From: Dehalococcoidia bacterium | GTDB taxonomy: Bacteria; Chloroflexota; Dehalococcoidia; Tepidiformales; Tepidiformaceae | Direction: 5' to 3' | NCBI GenBank assembly: GCA_020850615.1 | Contig: JADZEI010000066.1 | Location: forward strand, 1,943-65,942 | DNA length: 64,000 nt | Shown: positions 44,725-53,457 of the stretch, piece by piece | Layout: each line of letters begins with the position of its first letter | How positions within the stretch are numbered: position 1 is the first letter of the stretch | The notes under the pieces: model-generated | Told to the model about the DNA's origin: nothing | Database searches by the model: none | The model's input: only the letters and a program-made list of their open reading frames with translations | Position numbers and translations under genes: made by a program

Positions 44725-46926
44725 ATGTTGCAGTCGTTCACCCCGGCCGCCCTTGCCCGGCGGAGCGCCCGCCACCCGTGGCTCGTCCTCGCCGCCTGGG
44801 TGGCCATCGTCGCGGGCGGCGTGTTCGCGGCGACGACCATGCGCCTCGATAACGATGGCGAGTTCAAGGGCACGGACTCCTACCGTGCCGACCAGCTCAT
44901 CGAAAAGCACCTCACCGGCAGCGAACCGGCGACTGAGACCATCATCGTCCGGTCGCAGCAGCACACCATCGTGGACCCCGCGTTCGCGGAGTTCGTGGCC
45001 GGCCTCCTGGGCCGCGTCCGCGCGACGGAGGGCGTGGCGGCCGCGACCGCCTACACCGAGGGCGACCCCGGCCTCGTTTCGGCCGATGGGCACAGCACGA
45101 TCCTCCCGGTGACGCTGACCGGCCTGCCCGACGACGCGGACGAGACGGTGGCGCCGCTGGTCGAGCTCGTTGGCGCGAGCGACGCGGCCGGGTTCGAGGT
45201 GTTCACGGTCGGCAACGGTTCGATCGGCCGCGAGCTTTCGGACGCGTTCGGGGAGGACCTGGCGATGGCGGAGCGGATCGGCATCCCGGCGGCGCTGCTG
45301 GTGCTGTTCCTGGTCTTCGGCGCGGCCGTGGCGGCGGGCGTGCCGGTGGTGCTCGGGCTGCTCGGCATCGTGCTGTCGGTCGGGCTCACGGCGCTGGCGA
45401 GCCAGTTCCTCGGCATGGACGAGGTCGTCATCAACGTGATCACGATGATCGGCCTCGCGGTCGGCATCGACTATTCGCTGTTCATCATCGAGCGGTTCCG
45501 CGAGGAGCGGGCGAAGGGCCTGCCGAAGCACGCCGCCATCGCCCGGGCGGGCGAGACGTCGAGCCGGGCGGTGCTGTTCTCCGGCGTGACCGTCATCATC
45601 GCGCTCATGAGCCTCTTCATCATCCCCGAAGCGACCTTCCGCGGGATGGCGGTCGGCGCGGTCACGGCCGTGGTCAGCGCGGTGCTGATCGCGCTCACGC
45701 TGCTGCCGGCGCTGCTCAGCCTGCTCGACGGGAAGATCAACTGGGTGCGCCTGCCCGGGCTCGGGCGGGTGGGCCGCCACGAAGAGCACAAGGGCTTCTT
45801 CGGCCACACGACCGACCTCGTCATCCGCCACCCGGTGGTGAGCGCGGCGGCGGCCTCGGGCGTGCTCATCGCGCTCACGCTGCCCGTCTTCGCCATCCGG
45901 CTGGGCGAACCGGGGCTGGCCGAATTCCCCGAGCACCTCGAGTCCGTGCGCGCCTACCACATCCTCAACCAGGAGTTTTCGGCCGGCGTCATCGCCCCCG
46001 CGGAGGTGGTCATCGACGGCGACGTGCGCGGCCCGCGGGTGACCGCCGCGATCGAGCGTCTCCGGACCGACCTGCTCGCCGATGGCCGCTTCGATGCCGT
46101 GGAGGAGCTGGTTGCGAACGAGGCGGGGACGGTCGGACTGGTGAACGTCATCGTCGACGGCGACCCCGACAGCATCCCGGCACGCGAGGCGATCCAGGAC
46201 CTTCGCAGCGACTACATCCCGGCGGCGTTCGCGGGCACGGGCGCGGAGGTGTTCGTGACCGGGCACACCGCCGGCACCGTGGATTATGTCGACACGATGG
46301 TGCAGTACCTGCCGATCATCATCGCCTTCGTCCTGCTGCTCAGCTTCGTCCTGCTGATGATGGTGTTCCGCTCCCTCGTCATCCCGCTGAAGGCGATCGC
46401 GATGAACCTGCTGAGCGTCGGCGCGGCGTATGGGCTGCTCGTGCTGGTGTTCCAGGAGGGCGTGGGCGCGGAGCTCCTCGGCTTCCAGCAGACGGACAGC
46501 ATCACGGCGTTCCTGCCGGTGTTCCTGTTCGCCATCCTCTTCGGGCTCTCGATGGACTACCACGTCTTCCTGCTCAGCCGCGTGCAGGAGCGCTACCTGC
46601 AGACGCACGACAACCGCGGCGCGGTGGCCTACGGGCTGCGGTCGACCGCGCACATCATCACCGGCGCGGCGGCGATCATGATGGTCGTGTTCGCGGGATT
46701 CGCGATGGGCGACATGGTCATGCTGCAGCAGATGGGCTTCGGGCTCGCGGTCGCGGTGTTCCTGGACGCGACGATCGTGCGGTCGGTGCTGGTGCCGGCG
46801 AGCATGGAGCTGCTCGGTTCGGCGAACTGGTACCTGCCCTCGTGGCTCGGCTGGCTGCCGCGGGTGACCGTGGAGGGCGGGGACCGGCCGCGCACCGCAG
46901 CGGGGGAGCTCGCGCGGATGTCCTGA
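44725..46926 (+). CDS. MMPL-family (RND superfamily) membrane transporter
   Basis: ATG 44725 after GGAGGA in ORF 44626..46926. Two 6-TM bundles with the duplicated MMPL motif (…GIDYSLFIIERFREE… / …GLSMDYHVFLLSRVQE…). Confidence 0.9.
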   Translation: MLQSFTPAALARRSARHPWLVLAAWVAIVAGGVFAATTMRLDNDGEFKGTDSYRADQLIEKHLTGSEPATETIIVRSQQHTIVDPAFAEFVAGLLGRVRATEGVAAATAYTEGDPGLVSADGHSTILPVTLTGLPDDADETVAPLVELVGASDAAGFEVFTVGNGSIGRELSDAFGEDLAMAERIGIPAALLVLFLVFGAAVAAGVPVVLGLLGIVLSVGLTALASQFLGMDEVVINVITMIGLAVGIDYSLFIIERFREERAKGLPKHAAIARAGETSSRAVLFSGVTVIIALMSLFIIPEATFRGMAVGAVTAVVSAVLIALTLLPALLSLLDGKINWVRLPGLGRVGRHEEHKGFFGHTTDLVIRHPVVSAAAASGVLIALTLPVFAIRLGEPGLAEFPEHLESVRAYHILNQEFSAGVIAPAEVVIDGDVRGPRVTAAIERLRTDLLADGRFDAVEELVANEAGTVGLVNVIVDGDPDSIPAREAIQDLRSDYIPAAFAGTGAEVFVTGHTAGTVDYVDTMVQYLPIIIAFVLLLSFVLLMMVFRSLVIPLKAIAMNLLSVGAAYGLLVLVFQEGVGAELLGFQQTDSITAFLPVFLFAILFGLSMDYHVFLLSRVQERYLQTHDNRGAVAYGLRSTAHIITGAAAIMMVVFAGFAMGDMVMLQQMGFGLAVAVFLDATIVRSVLVPASMELLGSANWYLPSWLGWLPRVTVEGGDRPRTAAGELARMS

Positions 46927-46949
46927 CCTGCGGCGGTGTGGCTTCGAAC

Positions 46950-46980
46950 GCGGGCGCTCCCGGTGCCGGGGGGCGCCCGC
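46950..46980 (+). terminator. GC-rich hairpin after the MMPL gene
   Basis: GCGGGCGCTCCCGG-TG-CCGGGGGGCGCCCGC, 24 nt after the stop. No U-tract. Confidence 0.3.
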
Positions 46981-47828
46981 GTGTCCGTGGGGGTGGGTTG
47001 GTAGCGCGTGGGAACGGTGTTGTGTCTCGAATGGGAATGCGGATCCCGCGTGGGGAGCGGCGGGCGTCCCGGGCGGGAAGACGCGCGTGTCCCGGGTGGG
47101 AGTTTGTGTGGTGGCGCGCGGGCGTGGGGAGGTGGGGGCGAAAGCGTTCCGAGCGAGCCGGGCGGGCGCTCCGCTGCCGCCCTCGCAGCCCCCGACGCTG
47201 GTGGCCTATCGGTGTCGCATCCGTGGGCTTCCGCTCAGGGCCCACGAGGGGCCCGGGCTACGGCGCGGCGGCGCGCCGTTGGCGTGGGCGGGGCGGGAGT
47301 GGGGCAGCGGAAGCGAAAGGCGTTCCAGGCGAGCCGGGCGGGCGCTCCGCTGCCGCCCTCGCAGCCCCCGACGCTGGTGGCCTGTCGGTGTGGCATCCGT
47401 GGGCTTCCGCTCAGGGCCCACCAGGGGCCCGGGCTACGGCGCCGGGGCGCGCCGCCGGCGTGGGCGCGGCGGGAGTCGAGCGCGGCAAAGGGGCGGGCGG
47501 CGCCGTTCGGGTTTGAGGGTGGTGTCCCGGCCGGGAAGGGGTGTGCGTCCATGGTTGGGAGAGGTTCCCCTCTCCCTCTGGGAGAGGTTCCCCTCTCCCT
47601 CTGGGAGAGGGGTTAGGGGTGAGGGTGCGGTGCTCTGGGTGGCGTGTTGGCCCTCACCCCAGCCCTCTCCCAAAGAGAGAGGGAGCCCGGCCTCGTTGTT
47701 GCGGCGAACGGGCGTCCGGACCCCCATGTTGAGGGCAGTGTGAGCGGCGTTACGTCGACCGGGGCGCGAGGGGAACGGCACGGGGCCGGGTGACGTTGGA
47801 ACGGTGGAACCGTCCCCGGGAGGCTACT
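46981..47828. repeat. 0.85-kb non-coding repeat mosaic
   Basis: ~176-bp tandem (47141-47266 / 47316-47442), each unit carrying an A-type REP variant with a GGGCCC/GGGCCC stem (47217-47261, 47393-47437). 23-bp tandem hairpin GGGAGAGGTTCCCCTCTCCCTCT x2 at ~47566-47611. C hairpins up to ~47690. Confidence 0.8.
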
Positions 47829-48848
47829 ATGACTCGCATGTCGCGGTTTTGGATCACTATTGGCGTTGCCGCCGTGGTCGGCCTGGCCGTTGTGGCGGCC
47901 GCGGTGGCGATGCGCGACGGCGGTGACACGCCGGTTTCGAGCACGCCGGGCGGCAACGAGCCCGTGCCCGCGAACGCGGCGCCGCTGCACGAGGCGCGGC
48001 TCGACCTGGCGCAGCGGCTGGGGGTGCCGGCGAAGGATGCAGCGCTGCTGCACGCCCGCCACGCCGGGTTCGATGGCTGCCTCGGCGTGTACCACCCGGA
48101 TACGGCCTGCACGGAACAGTTCCTCGGCGGCTACATCGCGGTCTACAAGGCGGGTAGCGCCGAGTACCGCTACCACTTCGGCGGCGGCCGGTTCGTGGCG
48201 GCGAGCTTCGCCAGCAGCGCCCGTATCGACGACGGGATGCCGGTCGAGGCGGCGCTGCGGGCGGACTTCGGGGCGTTGTTCGCGGGCTACGCGCGCCACG
48301 ATGCGGCGCTGCGCACGGGCACGCCGGTCGAGCAGCTCGTCGTGACGGCGATCGTGCCGGTGGTCTTCCCGGACGGCTGCCTGGGGTTCTACCGCCCGGA
48401 CGTGATGTGCGACATGGCCATCTCGCCCGGGGTCATCGTGCTGCTGGCGGGGCCGGGCGGCGAGGAGTACCGCTACCACGCTGGCGGCGCCAGCGACCAG
48501 TGGACGCTCGTCGCGGTCAGCTTCGAGACCGGCACCGTGCAGACCCAGCCGGACGCCGGCCTCGTGGCACGGCAGCTCGCGGTGCGCGAGGACCTGGCCG
48601 GACGTCTCGGCGTGCACGTGGGCACGGTCTCGGTGACCCAGTACCGCGAGGTGACCTGGCCGGACGGCTGCCTGGGCATCGTCGAAGAAGGGCGCGTCTG
48701 CACGGCGGCGCTGGTCGATGGCTGGCTGATGCGGGTGGCCGCCGGCGGCACGGAGTACCGCTACCACGGCGGCTCCGGCGACGCGTTCCGCGCCGCCTCG
48801 TTCGTCCCCGGCGCCGAGCTCCGCGACCCCCTCCCGCGGGAGGAGTAG
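47829..48848 (+). CDS. secreted/membrane-anchored protein built of three ~95-aa repeats of an unrecognised two-Cys module
   Basis: ATG 47829 after GGGAGG. N-terminal TM FWITIGVAAVVGLAVVAAAVA. Three repeats each contain (F/W)xDGCLG…C…G…EYRYH(x)GG…SF. Confidence 0.7.
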   Translation: MTRMSRFWITIGVAAVVGLAVVAAAVAMRDGGDTPVSSTPGGNEPVPANAAPLHEARLDLAQRLGVPAKDAALLHARHAGFDGCLGVYHPDTACTEQFLGGYIAVYKAGSAEYRYHFGGGRFVAASFASSARIDDGMPVEAALRADFGALFAGYARHDAALRTGTPVEQLVVTAIVPVVFPDGCLGFYRPDVMCDMAISPGVIVLLAGPGGEEYRYHAGGASDQWTLVAVSFETGTVQTQPDAGLVARQLAVREDLAGRLGVHVGTVSVTQYREVTWPDGCLGIVEEGRVCTAALVDGWLMRVAAGGTEYRYHGGSGDAFRAASFVPGAELRDPLPREE

Positions 48849-48876
48849 GGGGCCGCGCCTCTGCTACACTGCGGCC

Positions 48877-49182
48877 ATGCGGCGGTATACGGTCATCCTT
48901 TCGCCGGACCCGGAGCGGGGCGGGTTCACCGTGAGCGTGCCGGCAATGCCCGGCGCGGTGAGCCAGGGCGACACGCGCGACGAAACGCTCGCGAACATCC
49001 GCGAGGCGATGGAGGGCTGGCTCGCGGTCGCGCGAGACCACGGGGAGGACGCGCTCCACGAGACGCCCCAGCTCGTCGCGAAAGAAATCGCGTGGGAGCT
49101 GGCGGCCCGGGCCGAAGAGGGCTGGGACCTCCTCGTGGAGACGGCGGTGGTCGAGCTGCAGGCCGCAGCGGCGGCGGCGTAG
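48877..49182 (+). CDS. hicB: HicB-like antitoxin (UPF0150 fold)
   Basis: YTVILSPDPERGGFTVSVPAMPGAVSQGDTRDETLANIREAMEGWL matches the HicB N-domain pattern. Followed 4 nt later by hicA. Confidence 0.75.
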   Translation: MRRYTVILSPDPERGGFTVSVPAMPGAVSQGDTRDETLANIREAMEGWLAVARDHGEDALHETPQLVAKEIAWELAARAEEGWDLLVETAVVELQAAAAAA

Positions 49183-49186
49183 GCGC

Positions 49187-49414
49187 GTGAGCCGGCTCGC
49201 GGGATTCTCGGGGCGGGAGGTCATGCGCGTCGCGGAACGCCTGGGATGGGTGCACGAACGGACCGCGGGCGACCATTGGGTGTTTCGCCTGGAAGGGAAC
49301 CCCGAGAACCTCGCGATCGCCGACCACCGGGAATTGAAGCCGGGAATGGTGCGGCGTCACATCCGGACCATGGGCATCACCGTCGACGAGTTCCTGCGGC
49401 GCGCCCGGAAATAG
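49187..49414 (+). CDS. hicA: HicA-family toxin
   Basis: GTG start. SGREVMRVAERLGWVHERTAGDHWVFR…ELKPGMVRRHIRTMGITVDEF matches the HicA/YcfA pattern. Confidence 0.75.
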   Translation: MSRLAGFSGREVMRVAERLGWVHERTAGDHWVFRLEGNPENLAIADHRELKPGMVRRHIRTMGITVDEFLRRARK

Positions 49415-49506
49415 CGCGACAAAAACCGTCGCGGGAGGTCAAGTGGTGCTGACCGCGCGGGGGCGCCCTTACCGCGCCCGTACGGCCGGCGCGGGACGAT
49501 GGGGGC

Positions 49507-49680
49507 ATGGACAAACCGATGCGCCGCGGCTATCTCTCCCGCCCCACGGTGATCTGCGCCTGGTGCGACCGCGTGCTCGTGACGGGCAGCTCGCAGGTGT
49601 CCCACGGCGTCTGCGAACCGTGCGCCGACGCCTTCGCGCGCACGGTCGACGAGTTGCCGCGGCACCCCTCGGCGGCGTAG
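49507..49680 (+). CDS. small (57 aa) putative zinc-ribbon protein
   Basis: Not in the ORF track because it is under 60 aa. MDKPMRRGYLSRPTVICAWCDRVLVTGSSQVSHGVCEPCADAF… has CxxC…HGxCxxC spacing and strong third-position GC. The SD is poor. Confidence 0.4.
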   Translation: MDKPMRRGYLSRPTVICAWCDRVLVTGSSQVSHGVCEPCADAFARTVDELPRHPSAA

Positions 49681-49719
49681 CGCGTTCCGTCAACCGCGCC
49701 CACCGGCTACGCTGGATGC

Positions 49720-50824
49720 ATGAACGAACTGCTGAACCGGGCGACGGCCCTTTCCTCGCGCATCTCTGACATCCTGGTGCGCCTTTGACCTCGCTGACGA
49801 TGAAGCGAAGGTAGCCAAACTCGAAGCAAAGTCGACCGAAAGCAGCCTCTGGGACGACCCGGAGGCCGCGCGCGCCGTGATGCAGCAGCTCAGCACGCTG
49901 CGCGGCAAGGTGGAGCTCTGGCGCGGGCTGGAGCGCCGTGCCCGCGACGCCGCGGAGCTCATCGAGCTCTCCATGGAAGAGGGCGACGCCTCGACCGAGG
50001 CGGAGCTCACGGCCGAGCTCGACGCGCTCGACAAGGACCTGGGCAAGCTCGAGTTCCAGCTCCAGCTTTCAGGGCCCTACGACAACCGCGCGGCCATCCT
50101 CGCGGTGCACCAGGGCCTCGGCGGCAACGACGCGGCCGACTTCGCCGACATGCTCTTCCGCATGTACCTGCGCTGGGCCGAAAAGCGCGACTTCAGCGTC
50201 GAAGTGCTGGACGTGACCGAGGGCGAAGAGGCGGGCATCAAGAGCGCGACCATCGAGATCACCGGGCCCTACGCCTACGGCTACCTCAAGGGCGAGCGGG
50301 GCACGCACCGGCTCGTCCGGCAGTCGCCGTTCAACGCCGGCGCCGCGCGGCAGACGAGCTTCGCGAAGGTCGAAGTGATGCCCGAGGTCGAGGACGCGGC
50401 GGAGATCGAGGTCAGCCCCGACGACGTGCGGATCGACGTCTTCCGTTCGAGCGGCGCGGGCGGGCAGAACGTGCAGAAGAACTCGACGGCCGTGCGGATC
50501 ACGCACATCCCGACCGGGATCGTGGTCACCTGCCAGAACGAGCGCTCCCAGGGGCGGAACAGGGAGAGCGCGATGAAGGTGCTCGAATCGCGCCTGCTCC
50601 AGCTCGAAGTGGCCCGCCAGGAAGAGGAAAAGGCGCGGTTAAAGGGCGAGAACTTCGACGCCTCGTTCGGCAACCAGATCCGCAACTACGTTTTGCACCC
50701 CTATAAGATGGTCAAGGACCTGCGCACCAGCTTCGAGACCAGCGACACCACTGCTGTCCTCGATGGCGAACTCGACCCCTTCATGGAGGCGTATCTCAAG
50801 TCGCAGGTGGGTTCGAATACATGA
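49720..50824 (+). CDS. prfB: peptide chain release factor 2, needs programmed +1 frameshift at 49786
   Basis: Frame 0: ATG 49720…CTT TGA C (TGA at 49786-49788). Frame +1 from 49787 reads DLADDEAKVAKLE…LWDDPEAA and continues into ORF 49877..50824, which carries SPF (QSPFN) and GGQ (SGAGGQNVQK). Product = join(49720..49785,49787..50824). Confidence 0.95.
49783..49789 (+). other. RF2 autoregulatory +1 frameshift site CTT TGA C
   Basis: Exact CUU UGA C heptamer at the position expected after about 22 codons. Only a weak SD-like GGTG lies upstream. Confidence 0.9.
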
Positions 50825-52200
50825 CGCGCCTGCTGCTGCCCTTCCTGGCGGCCGTGGTCCTTTTCACCGCCGCCGGGCTCGGCGTCAGCACGGCCCGCGC
50901 CGATGCCACGGTCGAATCCTCCACGGTCGAGTCCCAGTACCCCCAGAAGGTCGTGTTCAAGCTCACGGCCAGCGCGCCCGCGGAGATCACGGACGTGACG
51001 CTGATCTACGAGCTCGCCGGGCGCGGCGCTTCGGGCCTGCAGAAGCCGGAGACGCTGACCCCCGCGCGCAGCCTCTCGGTGCAGGTGCCGATCGACGTGA
51101 ACGTGGGCAACGCGTTCGTGCCCGTGGGCAGCGAATTCGTCTACCACTGGGAGATCACGAGCGCCGACGGTGTGGTCACGAAGAGCCCCGAGCAGCGCTA
51201 CCTCCACCTCCCGACCGGGAAGAACTGGCAGACAGTGGAGAACGAGATCATGCGCGTGTACTACCACGGCGACCGCAAGAGCACGGCCGAGGGCTACCTC
51301 AAGGCCGGCACGGAGACGTACGAGCGCATCGGCAAGCTGCTCCTGCGGACCGAGCTGGAGCAGGTCCCGGTGAAGGTGATCCTCTTCGCGAACGAAGCGG
51401 AGATGCAGGAAGCGCAGCAGGGCCGGGGCAGCACCTACGACGCCGCGACCGTCACCTGTGGCACCAAGCACACCAACGACATCGTCTACGTCATCCCCGT
51501 GAACTGCGGCTCTTCGGACCCGACGGACACGCTGCGGCACGAATTCGGGCACATCCTGAACCAGACGGCGGGCGAAGGCACGCTGACGAAGCTGCCCTCG
51601 TGGCTCGATGAGGGCACGGCCGTGTGGGCGCAGTCCGGCCCCGGCGGCTACGAGACGGCGTTCCGCTCGGCGGCGCGTTCGAACCGGCTGATCGCGTTCG
51701 ACCGCCTGGGCACGCCCTCGAACGACCCGGCGCTGGTGGGCGTGTTTTACGGCCAGTCCTGGGCGATGGTGGACTACCTGATCAAGAAGGGCGGCGAAGA
51801 GCAGTTCGCCACCTTCTACGCGACGATCAAGGGCGGCAAGCGGTTCGACCAGGCGCTCCAGCAGGTGTACGGGTTCGACCTCGCGGGGTTCGAAGAAGAG
51901 TTCCTCGCCTCGGTCCAGGGCGGCTCGCAGGCCACGGCGACGGCAACACCCCGTCAGCAGGCCACCGCCGTGCCGACGGAACGGACGGCGACGCGCACCG
52001 CCACCCGCACGCCCACCCCGGCCGCGCCCGCCAGCGGCGACAGCAGCTCCGGCGACGGCGGCAGCGACGTGAGCACGGCGACGATCGCGATCATCGGGAC
52101 GGCGGTGCTGCTCGCGCTCCTCGGGCTACTCGGGTTCCTGGTGGTGCTGATGATGCAGAACAACCGCACCCGCGGCGGCGCCCCGCCGGGCCCGGCATAG
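50821..52200 (+). CDS. peptidase-MA-like zinc metalloprotease, secreted with C-terminal TM anchor
   Basis: ATG overlaps the prfB stop (ATGA). Signal peptide, HEFGH (HExxH), Thr/Ala-rich linker and a C-terminal TM IAIIGTAVLLALLGLLGFLVVLMM. Confidence 0.8.
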   Translation: MTRLLLPFLAAVVLFTAAGLGVSTARADATVESSTVESQYPQKVVFKLTASAPAEITDVTLIYELAGRGASGLQKPETLTPARSLSVQVPIDVNVGNAFVPVGSEFVYHWEITSADGVVTKSPEQRYLHLPTGKNWQTVENEIMRVYYHGDRKSTAEGYLKAGTETYERIGKLLLRTELEQVPVKVILFANEAEMQEAQQGRGSTYDAATVTCGTKHTNDIVYVIPVNCGSSDPTDTLRHEFGHILNQTAGEGTLTKLPSWLDEGTAVWAQSGPGGYETAFRSAARSNRLIAFDRLGTPSNDPALVGVFYGQSWAMVDYLIKKGGEEQFATFYATIKGGKRFDQALQQVYGFDLAGFEEEFLASVQGGSQATATATPRQQATAVPTERTATRTATRTPTPAAPASGDSSSGDGGSDVSTATIAIIGTAVLLALLGLLGFLVVLMMQNNRTRGGAPPGPA

Positions 52201-52926
52201 CGCACGGGGGCGAGGCGAAGCCGTAGTCGCGGAGCATCGGCTCCGCGGGATTGTCCGTGCCATGCCCCGCGGTAGCCCGCGACACGCCGCCCGGGGGACG
52301 CGCGCACCCTCACCCCATCCCTCTCCCGCAGCGGCGGGAGAGGGAGCTGCGTCATAGCACCCACGTCACGCGTCAGCCTGCGGCGAAGCCGTAGTCGCGG
52401 AGCATCGGCTCCGCGGCCCCGAGTGCCCTGCCGCGCGGTAGCCCGCGACGATCGCCGCGCCGGGGCGCGTACCCCCACCCTCGGCCCTCTCCCGCTGCGG
52501 CGGGAGACGATGGCAAACGGCCAGGATGGCGGATGAAGATCCACGTTCGTCCGGGAGAGTCGGCGATTAGAGGGTGTGGGATATTCGGCACTGCGCGGCC
52601 ATTTTTCAGAGCAGAGGGAGCCAGCCCGCGCCATGAATCGGAGCCGCGCCGGTGAGGAAGCGGGCGACCGTGACCCGGTACTCCCGCCCCGCGGCAGCGC
52701 GAAGTCGCCCGCACTCGGTGCGCCCCGGGGCAAAGGTGTCGCGGGCTACCGCGTGGCATGATCCTCGGGGCCGCGGAGCCGATGCTCCGCGACTACGGGC
52801 TTCGCCCCCTGTCGGGCGGACTGATCCTGCGGGTTACGAAGGAGCTCGCGTTTGAACTCCTTCCACTCATCCCGCTCTTTCATTCGCGACCTCGTTCCTG
52901 CATGCCGGTTCAGGCGCGGCGTCGCC
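52201..52926. repeat. intergenic REP cluster with ~168-bp tandem
   Basis: B forward 52223-52282 plus C hairpin 52308-52346, repeated as B forward 52391-52449 plus degenerate C 52475-52507. B reverse 52738-52806. Confidence 0.85.
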
Positions 52927-53448
52927 TCAGCCGAGCGGGACGATGCGGAAGACCGGGTGGCGTTCGAGCACCGGGAGGAAGTCCGCCGCGGGGGCGTCGG
53001 GGCCGGCCGGGAAGAAGGGCCGCGCGCCGGAGGCCAGCCGGAGGTACTCCCGCAGCACCGGGATCTTCGCCTCGTCCTCGGCCGGGAGCTCGTCGAGCAG
53101 CACGTCCTCGCGGCGGCGGTGGCGGAGCACGGCCACGCCCGCCTCGCGCGCGTTCGCGACCCACGCCGTGCCCGGCCCGAGCATCGCGACCAGGTAACGG
53201 TCGCCGTCCACGGTCGCGACGACGACGGGCACGGAGCGGGGCTTGCCGGTCTTGCGGCCGCGCACTTCGAGCACCTGCTGGCGGTGGGGCGGCAGCCCGG
53301 AGCCGGACCAGAGGACCATCACCCGATTGGTCGCCCGCCCGAGGACGGTCGGTCCCGTGGGCCCATAGAACGACCGCCGCGGTATCCGCACCCAGGCGAA
53401 CAGCAGGCCGCCCACGACGGCAGCGACAATGACGATTCGTTTCAACAC
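52927..53448 (-). CDS. deazaflavin (F420H2)-dependent nitroreductase-family oxidoreductase (DUF385)
   Basis: GTG 53448 (or TTG 53445) in ORF 52927..53676. LEVRGRKTGKPRSVPVVVATVDGDRYLVAMLGPGTAWVANAREAG matches the DUF385/Ddn-like pattern. Confidence 0.75.
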   Translation of the reverse strand: MLKRIVIVAAVVGGLLFAWVRIPRRSFYGPTGPTVLGRATNRVMVLWSGSGLPPHRQQVLEVRGRKTGKPRSVPVVVATVDGDRYLVAMLGPGTAWVANAREAGVAVLRHRRREDVLLDELPAEDEAKIPVLREYLRLASGARPFFPAGPDAPAADFLPVLERHPVFRIVPLG

Positions 53449-53457
53449 GGGTGTATT

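Noticed and set aside
43555-46653. 1032-aa ORF on the minus strand
   Set aside because: It is antisense to the crotonase and MMPL genes, both of which have strong family motifs. The composition is Arg/Asp/His-rich with no recognisable domain.
50805-50820. tRNA T-arm-like GGTTCGAAT
   Set aside because: It lies inside the prfB coding sequence (…SQVGSNT), and no acceptor or anticodon stems can be drawn around it. No tRNA was found elsewhere in the window either.
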